The notes: a model not told the origin generated them from the sequence alone. Numbered from the stretch's first letter, positions 35,060 to 44,202 are shown. The stretch: DNA of 64,000 nt from Pseudomonadota bacterium (GCA_046046915.1 JBJOIT010000007.1:2214-66213); one strand, 5' to 3'. A program made the numbers and translations.

Positions 35060-35153
35060 AGGTGCGCTTGCCAAAGCACGCTTGGTTTCTCTCTCCGTCC
35101 CCCCGCTTTCCACTTGCTTCCCACCTGTCTTATTGATGAAAGGACTTCTCTCC

Positions 35154-36953
35154 ATGACACACCGTCAAACGACCTCTTGCGCCGCCCGGCGTAGCCTGAT
35201 GAGCGTGGCCATACTGGCCGCGTGCGCCGCTGCAGGCACAAGCTATGGCGCCACACTGACCGTGGATCCCTCAGCTATCGACCAGGCCATCGACACCGAT
35301 GGCAAGTGCTCCTTGCGGGAAGCCGTGATGTCGGTCAACGCGCAGGCCAACATCGGTCCGTGCGCCGCAGACCTCACCCAGGCCTGGGGAACCCAGGACA
35401 CCCTCAAACTGCCGGCAGGCACCTACACCCTGACCCTGTCGGGCCTGGATGAAAGCTTTCTGGATCCGGATCCCAGTGGCACTTCGGCCCCCGTGGTCGT
35501 CAACGTGGGCGACGCCACCAAGGGTGACCTCGACCTGTCACGCAGTGTGCGCATCGAGGGCGCCGGTGCTGCCAGTACCGTGGTGCAGTGGAGCAGCGCC
35601 GACGGCGTGACGCGTGACCGCATCTTTCACGTTAACGCCGATGCAGGCACTGTTGCCGTCACGCTGGCTGGCCTGACCCTGACGGGCGGCCAAACGCTGC
35701 AGCAAGTGATCAAAACCGGACCACTTTCAGGCAGTGGTGACCAAGCCACCACCTATTACCTGCGCCGCGCAGGTGGTGCCATTGCCGTGGGCCCGGCAGC
35801 GGCTGTGGTGCTGGTCGACCCCAATGTCACTGGGCAAGCCAATTCAGCGGGTCGTGGCGGTAGCAAAAAACCCACCGTCACAGAAGAAACCGGCGCCACC
35901 TTGTCGATCAACCTGAGCGGCGTGGTCGTCACCGGCAATTCAGCGCAAGGGGACGGCGCTGGGGTCTACACCGCTGCCGCCATGACAGCCAGCGACCTGG
36001 TGGTGAGAAACAACAGCTCCACCACCAATGGCGGCGGTGTCTACAACGAAGGCAATACAAGCGTCAGCAATGCCACCTTCAGCGGCAACACGGCTGAGGG
36101 CGGCGGTGGCTTTTTTGGCACCGGCAGCAACACCGTGAACTTCTCAGGCGTGACCTTTAGCGGCAACAAGGCGGTGGGCGGTGGCGGCATCAGTGGGCGC
36201 TCCGGCGTGACCCTGCGCATGGTCAACTCCACGCTGAGTGGCAACATCGGCACTGACGTGGGTGGCGGTCTGTACACCAATGGGGCGGCCGATCTGCGCT
36301 TTGTCACCATTGCCAACAATTTCGCGGGGGCCGATTCATCCAGCGCTGGCTCGGGCATCAACACCTTTCCCTCATCCAACACCCATCAGGTCACCTTGAA
36401 GAACGTGTTGCTGGCCGACAACCGCAAGGGCTATACCGTCGACCCGGTGCTCACACCTGAGCAGATCGCCGCACTGCCCTCGGCCAACTGTGGCAGCACC
36501 AGCAGCAGCTCCAGCATCGTGTCGCAAGGCCACAACCTGAGCTCAGACACCAGTTGCCAAACGGTGCTGAGCGCCATTGGCGACCTCAACAACCAGGTCG
36601 CGCAGGTCGCGGCACTGTCCAGCAACGGTGGGTCTACCATGACCCATGCATTGCTGGCCAGCAGCCCCGCACTGGGTGCGGGCATTGCGGACCCGGAAGT
36701 GCCGTTGGACCAGCGGGGCAACCCGCGTGATGCAGTGCCCGACATCGGCGCCTACGAACTCCCGGCCCCTGTGGTCACCAGTGCCACGGATGACCCCGCC
36801 ACGAGCAGCGATTCCGGTGGTGGTTGCACCGTGAACCCGAACGCAGGCTTTGACCCCGGCCTGCCCACCCTGTTGATGGGTGCACTGGCATTGCTGCTCG
36901 GTCGGCGTCGCCGCAAGGGCACAGAGGCGACGGGCGACAAGCGCCTTAGTTAA
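35154..36953 (+). CDS. Secreted right-handed beta-helix protein with Pmp-like GGxx/FxxN repeats (choice-of-anchor-Q-like) and GGGC-TM-RRR C-terminal sorting tail
   Basis: AAGGA RBS before ATG 35154. Signal peptide ...AILAACAAAGTSYG. N-terminal block DGKCSLREAVMSVNA. Repeats: GGAIAVG, GGGVYNEGNTSVSNATFSGNTAEGGGGFF, FSGVTFSGNKAVGGGGI, STLSGNIGTDVGGGLY. Then DQRGNPRDAVPDIGAYE. The tail is SGGGCTVNPNAGFDPGLPTLLMGALALLLGRRRRKG. Confidence 0.85.
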   Translation: MTHRQTTSCAARRSLMSVAILAACAAAGTSYGATLTVDPSAIDQAIDTDGKCSLREAVMSVNAQANIGPCAADLTQAWGTQDTLKLPAGTYTLTLSGLDESFLDPDPSGTSAPVVVNVGDATKGDLDLSRSVRIEGAGAASTVVQWSSADGVTRDRIFHVNADAGTVAVTLAGLTLTGGQTLQQVIKTGPLSGSGDQATTYYLRRAGGAIAVGPAAAVVLVDPNVTGQANSAGRGGSKKPTVTEETGATLSINLSGVVVTGNSAQGDGAGVYTAAAMTASDLVVRNNSSTTNGGGVYNEGNTSVSNATFSGNTAEGGGGFFGTGSNTVNFSGVTFSGNKAVGGGGISGRSGVTLRMVNSTLSGNIGTDVGGGLYTNGAADLRFVTIANNFAGADSSSAGSGINTFPSSNTHQVTLKNVLLADNRKGYTVDPVLTPEQIAALPSANCGSTSSSSSIVSQGHNLSSDTSCQTVLSAIGDLNNQVAQVAALSSNGGSTMTHALLASSPALGAGIADPEVPLDQRGNPRDAVPDIGAYELPAPVVTSATDDPATSSDSGGGCTVNPNAGFDPGLPTLLMGALALLLGRRRRKGTEATGDKRLS

Positions 36954-37039
36954 ACTCTGACTGGGTGCCCACCGGTGGTGGTGTGGCAGGTTCACGCGAA
37001 GGTCGGGCCGCCTCGCGGCCTTGCTACGTCCTTCGACCG

Positions 37040-38299
37040 ATGAACCCTAGCTCTATCGAGTGGATCGCCGCTGCACTGTTTGCAGTGGCGCTCGCACATG
37101 TGTTCGCCGCCAAACTGTTCGAACGCCTCTCCCATCGATCCCCCCAACACGCCGGCTTGTTTCACCTGCTGGGCGAAGTCGAGATCGTTTTTGGCTTCTG
37201 GGCCATTGTTCTGATCTTTGTCATGGCAGGGGTCAGCAGCGGCGAACAGGCTTTGGCCTATGCGGAGTCCCGCCAGTACACGGAGCCCCTGTTTGTGTTC
37301 GTGGTGATGGTGATTGCCGCCTCCCGGCCCATCCTGCAGGCGGTCACACAGACGATCCGTGGCTTGGTACGCATGACGCCCGTAGATCCTGCCCTTGCCA
37401 CGGCCTGGATGGGGCTGGCAGCCGTACCATTGTTTGGCTCTGCCATCACGGAGCCGGCCGCCATGACCATCGCCGCACTCATGTTGGCACCCCAGGTGTT
37501 CAGGCCAGAGGTTCCTGAGCGCGCCAAGTACTTTGCCCTTGGCGTGCTGTTTGTGAATATCTCCATCGGTGGAACACTGACCTCCTTTGCGGCCCCGCCC
37601 GTGCTCATGGTGGCTTCTGCCTGGCAATGGGATTCGGTGTTCATGCTGACCAACTTTGGCTGGAAAGCAGCTTTCGCAGTGCTGGTCAATGCCACAGTCG
37701 CCGTCTGGCTGCTGCGCCCTCATTTGAACCATGCATCCCAAAGTGACGACCCGCCGAAGACTGCGAAAGTTCCAACCGGTCTGGTGATCGTGCACCTTGC
37801 CCTACTGGCGGGTGTTGTGGCCTTGGCGCACCATCCGGTGGCCTTTCTGGGCCTGTTCCTCATTTTTTTGGGCATCGCGCACGCCTATGAGCGCCACCAA
37901 AATCCGCTCATTCTGAAAGAAGCTTTGCTGGTAGGGTTCTTTCTGGCCGGGCTAGTGGTACTGGGTGGCATGCAGCAGTGGTGGTTGCAGCCTCTGGTGG
38001 AGGGTATGTCGCCCCAGGTTCTGTTTTTCGGAGCCGCAGCACTCACAGCCGTCACGGACAACGCGGCCTTGACCTACCTGGGCTCACTGATCGTGGGCAT
38101 CTCGCCAGAGGCCAAGTACAGCCTGGTGGCGGGTGCCGTCGCTGGCGGTGGTTTGACGGTGATTGCCAACGCGCCCAACCCAGCGGGCGTCGCCCTCCTG
38201 AAACACGGTTTTGCAGACGGCTCTGTCGGTGTGGGCGGGCTGCTACTAGGCGCCCTACTGCCCACCCTGGTCGCAATGGCTGCCTTCGCCTGGCTATGA
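37040..38299 (+). CDS. Putative Na+/H+ antiporter-family polytopic membrane protein (Na_H_antiport_2-like), paralog B
   Basis: 419 aa from ATG 37040, collinear with the 1518-2771 product along its whole length (see the shared blocks listed there). Confidence 0.8.
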   Translation: MNPSSIEWIAAALFAVALAHVFAAKLFERLSHRSPQHAGLFHLLGEVEIVFGFWAIVLIFVMAGVSSGEQALAYAESRQYTEPLFVFVVMVIAASRPILQAVTQTIRGLVRMTPVDPALATAWMGLAAVPLFGSAITEPAAMTIAALMLAPQVFRPEVPERAKYFALGVLFVNISIGGTLTSFAAPPVLMVASAWQWDSVFMLTNFGWKAAFAVLVNATVAVWLLRPHLNHASQSDDPPKTAKVPTGLVIVHLALLAGVVALAHHPVAFLGLFLIFLGIAHAYERHQNPLILKEALLVGFFLAGLVVLGGMQQWWLQPLVEGMSPQVLFFGAAALTAVTDNAALTYLGSLIVGISPEAKYSLVAGAVAGGGLTVIANAPNPAGVALLKHGFADGSVGVGGLLLGALLPTLVAMAAFAWL

Positions 38300-38324
38300 C
38301 AGGTTACGCCACACAGCCTTGACC

Positions 38325-38714
38325 TTAACGGCCCGAGCGGCCTGCCCCGCCTGCTGAGCCGCCACCGGCGCCTCCACCCGCACCGCCCATGGCGCCACCC
38401 CCCATCATGGGTGGCTCCTCGGGTAGTTGTACACCGCGCTCACGCGCACGCTGCTGCATCAGACGATGGTGCTCCAGACGATAGGCCTCGCGCTCCTGCT
38501 CGGTTTTGAGGGTACGTAGACGGTTTTGATACTGCAAGCGCTCTTGCTGGGTCATGAGCTGGCTACCGTAAACAAACTCCTGATCGCGATCGCGGTCCTG
38601 CTCACGCGTCTGGTCACGGTCCCTATCCTGGGCCAGCGCCGGCAACGCGCCCCCTGCAACGGCCAAGGCCAACACCGCCATCGCGCCCAACTTCATGTAC
38701 CTGGGTTCCAGCAT
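38325..38714 (-). CDS. Secreted low-complexity protein (DRDRDQ repeats, helical ER/Q-rich core, Gly-rich tail)
   Basis: GGGAG RBS 6 nt before ATG 38714. Signal peptide MLEPRYMKLGAMAVLALAVAGGALPALA. Then QDRDRDQTREQDRDRDQ, LMTQQERLQYQNRLRTLKTEQEREAYRLEHHRLMQQRARERG, and GGGAMGGAGGGAGGGSAGGAG. Confidence 0.6.
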   Translation of the reverse strand: MLEPRYMKLGAMAVLALAVAGGALPALAQDRDRDQTREQDRDRDQEFVYGSQLMTQQERLQYQNRLRTLKTEQEREAYRLEHHRLMQQRARERGVQLPEEPPMMGGGAMGGAGGGAGGGSAGGAGRSGR

Positions 38715-38839
38715 ATCAACTCCCTGATTGAACATAGGCGGTTCACCCGAACCGCCCTGGGGTCAATGTAAGCAGTCGTCACCCGCAGGCCGTTGCGCAA
38801 GCGCAATCCCGCGTACTGGCACCCAGACGCGGACGCAGC

Positions 38840-39664
38840 TCAGGCCCAGCGCGGCACGGGCTCGCCCTTGAGCTCGGCACGCAGGGCCAAATAGTCGGGC
38901 ACCACGGCGCGCACAGTGTCCCAAAAGCGGGGGCTGTGGTCCATCACCCGCAAGTGGCTGAGCTCGTGCACCACCACATAGTCGATGATGGGCTGGCGTA
39001 CATGAATCAGGCGCCAATTCAGCCGAATGGAGCCATCGCTGCTGGCGCTCCCCCAGCGAGTGGCAGCGTTGCTCAGGCTCAGACGCCGCCACTGCACCTG
39101 CAACTGAGGCGCGAAGTGATGCAGGCGGGCCGTGAAGTTGTCGCGCGCCTGGCGCATCAGCCAGGCCTGCACGGTGTCACGAATCTGCGTGGGCCCTGCA
39201 TGGTGAGGCAGTGCCACCTTCAGCCGTTGCTCGAGCTGAGCACCGACGGATGCTGGGTCGGGTGTATGCAGGGCAGCGCCCCGGCCCACAAAAGCATGAC
39301 CTGGATCCAGCACCACTTGCAACTGCTGCCCTAAAAACGGCAAAGTGACGCCATCCTTCCAGTCGATACGGGCCTCGTCAACCTGTTGACCCCGGCGCTG
39401 CATTTCGTCAAGCTTGCGCAAGATCCACTCGGCTTTTTGCTGCAAGGCCGCCTCCACCAGATGCAGGGGCGCAGACAGAGGCGCCCGCACCATCAGGCCC
39501 TCGACACTGACCGTGAAACCGATGGTGCTGCGTCGGCTGCGCCGCAGCTCAAAAGCCACAGGCACCGCACGCAGATGGACACTGCGGTTGGCGCGGGGGT
39601 GGCTGTAGGCGGGTTGCACCTTAGCGGTAAGCCTCGGGATCGAGACGGCGCATTTCAGCCTCAA
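38840..39664 (-). CDS. YgjP-like (DUF45 / M48-related) metal-dependent hydrolase
   Basis: The C-terminal block IIDYVVVHELSHLRVMDHSPRFW is the DUF45 HExxH signature. The start is uncertain: the annotated start overlaps plsC by 44 nt, and GTG 39619 is an alternative. Confidence 0.8.
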   Translation of the reverse strand: MRLKCAVSIPRLTAKVQPAYSHPRANRSVHLRAVPVAFELRRSRRSTIGFTVSVEGLMVRAPLSAPLHLVEAALQQKAEWILRKLDEMQRRGQQVDEARIDWKDGVTLPFLGQQLQVVLDPGHAFVGRGAALHTPDPASVGAQLEQRLKVALPHHAGPTQIRDTVQAWLMRQARDNFTARLHHFAPQLQVQWRRLSLSNAATRWGSASSDGSIRLNWRLIHVRQPIIDYVVVHELSHLRVMDHSPRFWDTVRAVVPDYLALRAELKGEPVPRWA

Positions 39665-40355
39665 TCCAGGTCTCGACTTCGCGCATCAGCTCTTCCGCAC
39701 TTCGCCCTACGCTGGGAATCGGCTTGCCGATCGACACGTCCACAATGCCCGAGCGCTTGATCAAGGCCTTGCGCGGCCAGCATTTGGCCGAGGTGATGGC
39801 TACCGGGATCACCGGCGCGCCGGTCTCGATCGCCAGTCGGGTACCGCCCGACTTGTAGACCCCTTTTTCACCGCGGGGAATGCGGGTGCCCTCAGGGAAC
39901 ATGATGATCCAGATGCCGCGTGCCAGCAGGTCCTTGCCCTGGGCCACCACGCGCGCGAAGGCCTGAGTACGCTGGCTGCGGTCGATATGAATCATGTCCA
40001 GTCGACCCATGGCCCAACCAAAAAACGGGATCTGCAGCAGCTCTTTCTTGAACACGTAAGCCAGAGGATGCGGCATCAGCGTGGGCATCAGAAAGGTCTC
40101 GAAGGTGGACTGGTGTTTCACCAGCAGGATGGCCGCACAGTTCTCGCCCACAGGCAAATGCTCCATACCGGTGACACGCGTCTCGATGCCCATGATGATG
40201 CGCGCGCCGCCCACCGCCCAGCCCAGCCAACGCGCCGCCATCCAGTACAAGGGCACGCCCTTGCGCCAGATCGAGGCCACCAGCATGACGATGGCCCAAG
40301 GCACCATGGTCACCAGCATCCACAGCAAATGCAAAACGGAGCGAACAGCGGACAT
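39621..40355 (-). CDS. plsC: 1-acyl-sn-glycerol-3-phosphate acyltransferase
   Basis: Acyltransferase motifs VKHQSTFETF (Hx4-acidic block) and MFPEGTR. 244 aa with an N-terminal TM segment. Confidence 0.88.
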   Translation of the reverse strand: MSAVRSVLHLLWMLVTMVPWAIVMLVASIWRKGVPLYWMAARWLGWAVGGARIIMGIETRVTGMEHLPVGENCAAILLVKHQSTFETFLMPTLMPHPLAYVFKKELLQIPFFGWAMGRLDMIHIDRSQRTQAFARVVAQGKDLLARGIWIIMFPEGTRIPRGEKGVYKSGGTRLAIETGAPVIPVAITSAKCWPRKALIKRSGIVDVSIGKPIPSVGRSAEELMREVETWIEAEMRRLDPEAYR

Positions 40356-40429
40356 AGCTACCTTTGAATCAATGCTTGAAAACGAACTTCATGGCCAACG
40401 AAACACCAGAGCCCCAAAGGCCCGGATCT

Positions 40430-41029
40430 TCAGGCGGCTTTGTCAGCCTGCTGGCGCTTTTCCCGGGCAATCAGCCAAACGGCAAAGGATGCGAGGTCCT
40501 CGTGCACCACGGTGCCGGCGGGAAATGTCTCGGGCAGCGGCCGGTCACGGTAGGCGGCCCCATTCCCGGTCAGCACCAGGTGCGGTTCACAGCCCACCGC
40601 CGCACCGGCCACCACGTCGCGCGGTGTGTCGCCTACGACAGGCACGCCTTTGAGGTCAATGCCGTAGCGATCACCAATCTGCTTGAACAAACCCGGCGCT
40701 GGCTTGCGACACTGGCAAGCGTCTTCTGCCGTGTGCGGGCAATAAAACACCGCGTCGATACGCCCGCCATGGGTGGCCAGCATCTGAAACATCTTCTCGT
40801 GCATGGCATTGAGCGAGGACACATCGAACAAGCCCCGACCCAGACCCGACTGGTTGGACGCAATCACCACATGCCAACCCGCATGATTGAGCCGTGCGAT
40901 GCCTTCCAGAGCGCCCGGCAAGGGCACCCACTCCTCGGGCGACTTGACGAAATCGCGGCTGTCGGCATTGATGGTGCCGTTGCGGTCGAGGATGACCAGC
41001 TTCAGATCGGCGTGGCGCGGATTGGTCAC
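40430..41029 (-). CDS. gmhB: D-glycero-beta-D-manno-heptose-1,7-bisphosphate 7-phosphatase (HAD, HisB-N family) with atypical motif I
   Basis: LVILDRNGTIN, VIASNQSGLGRG, YCPH....C.CRKP (Zn-binding loop) and VVGDTPRDV. GTG start. Motif I reads DRNGT instead of the canonical DxDGT. Confidence 0.82.
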   Translation of the reverse strand: MTNPRHADLKLVILDRNGTINADSRDFVKSPEEWVPLPGALEGIARLNHAGWHVVIASNQSGLGRGLFDVSSLNAMHEKMFQMLATHGGRIDAVFYCPHTAEDACQCRKPAPGLFKQIGDRYGIDLKGVPVVGDTPRDVVAGAAVGCEPHLVLTGNGAAYRDRPLPETFPAGTVVHEDLASFAVWLIAREKRQQADKAA

Positions 41030-41031
41030 GG

Positions 41032-43164
41032 TCAGGCAGCCAGTCGGGACAGGTCAGCCACACGGTTCATGGCCTCATGCAGGCTCTTGAGCAGGCCCTG
41101 GCGGTTGAGGCGCAAGTCCATCTCTTCCGCATTGACCATGACTCCGTCAAAAAACGCATCAACGGGTGCGCGCAGGGCTGCCAGCACTTGCAGCGAACCT
41201 GTGTAGTCGCCCGCTTCGAAACGAGTCTGAGCCACGGGCAGCACCTGTTGCATCTGGGCATACAGGGTTTTTTCAGCCTCTTCCTGCAAGAGCACGGGGC
41301 TGACGTGGGCGTCCACCTCGCCGGCCTTCTTCAGGATGTTGCCGATGCGTTTGTTGGCGGCGGCCAGCGCAGGGCTCTCGGGCAGGGCGGCGAATGCACG
41401 CACGGCTTGCAGACGCTGCGACACTTGGCCCAGACGTTGCGGGCGCAGCGCCAGCACCGCATCAACTTCTTGCGCGCTGTAACCCTGCTCACGCAGGGAG
41501 CCAGCCAGACGGTCGAACATGAAGTCCAGCAGGGGCGCGCTGGGGTCGCTGATCAAATCGCCAAAGGCTGGTACGGCGCTGGCCACCAGGCCATCCAGCG
41601 CCAGAGGCAGATCACGTTCGACGAGCATGCGTATGACCCCCAGCGCGTGGCGGCGCAGGGCAAATGGGTCGCGGTCGCCACTGGGCAAATTGCCGATGCC
41701 GAACATGCCCACCAGGGTTTCGAGCTTGTCGGCCAGCGCGACCACCAAACCTGTGGTGTTGCGCGGCAGCTCATCACCGGCAAAACGCGGCTTGTAATGG
41801 TCTTCGATGGCTTGCGCCACCTCGGTAGACAGGCCATCGTGACGGGCGTAATAGCCGCCCATGATGCCCTGCAGCTCGGGAAACTCACCCACCATGTCGG
41901 TCAGCAAGTCGGTCTTGGCCAGGCGTGCGGCCGTATCAGCCTGCTGGGCCAGCTCGCCGCCGCCCAGCTGCTGGGCGATCGCACGGGCAATGGCACGCAC
42001 ACGGGTCATGCGCTCGCCCTGGGTGCCGAGCTTGTTGTGATAGACCACCTTGTCCAGGCCCTCCACGCGGGCGTCCAGGGTCTTTTTGCGGTCCTGATCG
42101 AAGAAGAACTTGGCATCTGCCAGGCGGGGTCGCACCACACGCTCGTTACCGCCGGTCACCGCGCTGGTGTCTGCGGGGCTGATGTTGCTCACCACCAAAA
42201 ACTGGTTGGTGAGCTTGCCGGCGGCATCCAGCAGGGGAAAGTATTTCTGGTTGGCCTTCATGGTCAGGATCAGGCACTCTTGAGGCACTTCCAGGAACTG
42301 GGGCTCAAAAGCGCAGATCAGCACATTGGGGCGTTCCACCAAGGCCGTGACTTCGTCCAGCAGGGCATCGTCCTCAATGGGCCGGCAGCCACCGCCCACC
42401 GAGGCCGCGGCAGCAGCCAACTGGCGCACGATCTCCGCACGGCGCTCGGCAAACGAGGCAATCACCGCACCGTCACGCGCCAAGATAGCGGCGTAGCTGT
42501 CGGCATCTGTCAGCACCACGGGCGACACCGCCGCTTCAAAGCGGTGGCCTTGCGTGCTGTTGCCCGCACGCAGGCCCAGCGCCCGCACTGGCACCACCGT
42601 GCTGCCGTGCAGCGCCACCAAGCCGTGCGCCGGGCGCACAAAGTTCACGCTGCTCCAGCCGGGCAGATCGCAATCAGCTTCGAGCTGGTAGGTCATGACC
42701 TTGGGGATCGGCAGTTTGGCCAGTGAATCTTCCAGGGCTTTCTGCAATCCGGCTTCCAGCGTGGCGCCACTGACCAGGCTGTCGTAAAACAGGGCTTCGG
42801 CTTTGCCGTCCGGGGCACGCTTGAGCGCGGCCACGGTGGCCGCCGGGTCAGACACATCGGCACCCAGTGCTTGCAGTTTTTTGAGCAAGGCGGGCGTGGC
42901 TTCGCCCGCAGCGTTCAGGCCCACGGTCACGGGCATCAGCTTTTGCTGCACGGCCTTGTCAGCGGCCTTGGTCGCCACCTGGGTGATGTGTGCGGCCAAA
43001 CGGCGTGGCGACGCAAAAGGCGTGACCACCGCGTCGGCGCCTGTCAGGCCATGGGCACGGAGCTGGTCCGCGAGTTGGCTGGCAAAGGCCTCACCCAGCT
43101 TCTTGAGCGCCTTGGGTGGCAACTCTTCTACAAACAGTTCGATCAGCAGGTTTTGGGTTGTCAT
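41032..43164 (-). CDS. glyS: Glycine--tRNA ligase beta subunit
   Basis: 710 aa. N-terminal block LLIELFVEELPPKAL. Immediately downstream of glyQ. Confidence 0.95.
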   Translation of the reverse strand: MTTQNLLIELFVEELPPKALKKLGEAFASQLADQLRAHGLTGADAVVTPFASPRRLAAHITQVATKAADKAVQQKLMPVTVGLNAAGEATPALLKKLQALGADVSDPAATVAALKRAPDGKAEALFYDSLVSGATLEAGLQKALEDSLAKLPIPKVMTYQLEADCDLPGWSSVNFVRPAHGLVALHGSTVVPVRALGLRAGNSTQGHRFEAAVSPVVLTDADSYAAILARDGAVIASFAERRAEIVRQLAAAAASVGGGCRPIEDDALLDEVTALVERPNVLICAFEPQFLEVPQECLILTMKANQKYFPLLDAAGKLTNQFLVVSNISPADTSAVTGGNERVVRPRLADAKFFFDQDRKKTLDARVEGLDKVVYHNKLGTQGERMTRVRAIARAIAQQLGGGELAQQADTAARLAKTDLLTDMVGEFPELQGIMGGYYARHDGLSTEVAQAIEDHYKPRFAGDELPRNTTGLVVALADKLETLVGMFGIGNLPSGDRDPFALRRHALGVIRMLVERDLPLALDGLVASAVPAFGDLISDPSAPLLDFMFDRLAGSLREQGYSAQEVDAVLALRPQRLGQVSQRLQAVRAFAALPESPALAAANKRIGNILKKAGEVDAHVSPVLLQEEAEKTLYAQMQQVLPVAQTRFEAGDYTGSLQVLAALRAPVDAFFDGVMVNAEEMDLRLNRQGLLKSLHEAMNRVADLSRLAA

Positions 43165-43167
43165 GGT

Positions 43168-44088
43168 TCAGGCCGCCTTCTTGCTCATTTGCTCCACCCA
43201 GGCGCGCGGCGCCAGCGGAAAGCCCAGTCGTTCGCGGCTGTCAAAGTAACTTTGGGCCACACTGCGGGCCAGGTTGCGGATGCGGCCTATGAAGGCGGCT
43301 CGTTCGGTCACGCTGATGGCGCCCCGGGCATCCAGCAAATTGAAACTGTGCGCCGCTTTGAGCACCTGCTCATAAGCCGGCAGGGCCAGTTGTTGTTCCA
43401 TCAGATGCTTGGCCTGCTTCTCATGCGCATTGAAGGCCGTGAACAGAAAATCCGCGTCGCTGTGTTCGAAGTTGTAGGTGGACTGCTCCACTTCGTTTTG
43501 CTTGTAGACGTCGCCATAGGTCAGGCGGGTACCGTCCGGGGCTTCGGTCCAGGTCAGGTTGTAGACGTTGTCCACGCCCTGCAGATACATGGCCAAGCGC
43601 TCCAGGCCGTAGGTGATTTCACCCGTGATGGGCTTGCAATCGATACCGCCCACTTGCTGGAAGTAGGTGAACTGCGTCACTTCCATGCCGTTGAGCCAGA
43701 CCTCCCAGCCCAGGCCCCAGGCGCCCAGGGTTGGGTTTTCCCAGTCGTCCTCGACAAAACGGATGTCGTTTTTCTTGAGGTCAAATCCCAGGGCTTCAAG
43801 GCTACCCAGATACAGCTCCAGAATGTTGCTGGGCGCGGGCTTCAGCACCACCTGGTACTGGTAGTAGTGCTGCAGACGATTGGGGTTTTCGCCATAGCGG
43901 CCATCCTTGGGGCGGCGGCTGGGCTGCACGTAGGCAGCCTTCCAGGGCTCGGGACCCAGGGCTCGCAAGAAGGTGGCGGTGTGCGAAGTGCCTGCACCGA
44001 CCTCCATGTCATAGGGCTGCAGCAAAGCGCAGCCCTGCTCGGCCCAGTAGGACTGCAATTTCAGGATGATTTGTTGGAAGGTCAACAT
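43168..44088 (-). CDS. glyQ: Glycine--tRNA ligase alpha subunit
   Basis: [34 protein letters not shown] and [22 protein letters not shown]-type blocks. The start is set at ATG 44088; the ORF caller extends it to 44175. Confidence 0.95.
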   Translation of the reverse strand: MLTFQQIILKLQSYWAEQGCALLQPYDMEVGAGTSHTATFLRALGPEPWKAAYVQPSRRPKDGRYGENPNRLQHYYQYQVVLKPAPSNILELYLGSLEALGFDLKKNDIRFVEDDWENPTLGAWGLGWEVWLNGMEVTQFTYFQQVGGIDCKPITGEITYGLERLAMYLQGVDNVYNLTWTEAPDGTRLTYGDVYKQNEVEQSTYNFEHSDADFLFTAFNAHEKQAKHLMEQQLALPAYEQVLKAAHSFNLLDARGAISVTERAAFIGRIRNLARSVAQSYFDSRERLGFPLAPRAWVEQMSKKAA

Positions 44089-44202
44089 AGCAAAGGGCGC
44101 GAACGCCTCGAATCTCTCTGGTCTGTGGCCGCCCCGGCGGGGCCCGCACGCGAAGCCGCAGATTTTACGGGGCAACGCGCGCCCCGTTGGGGCTGGGCGG
44201 CC

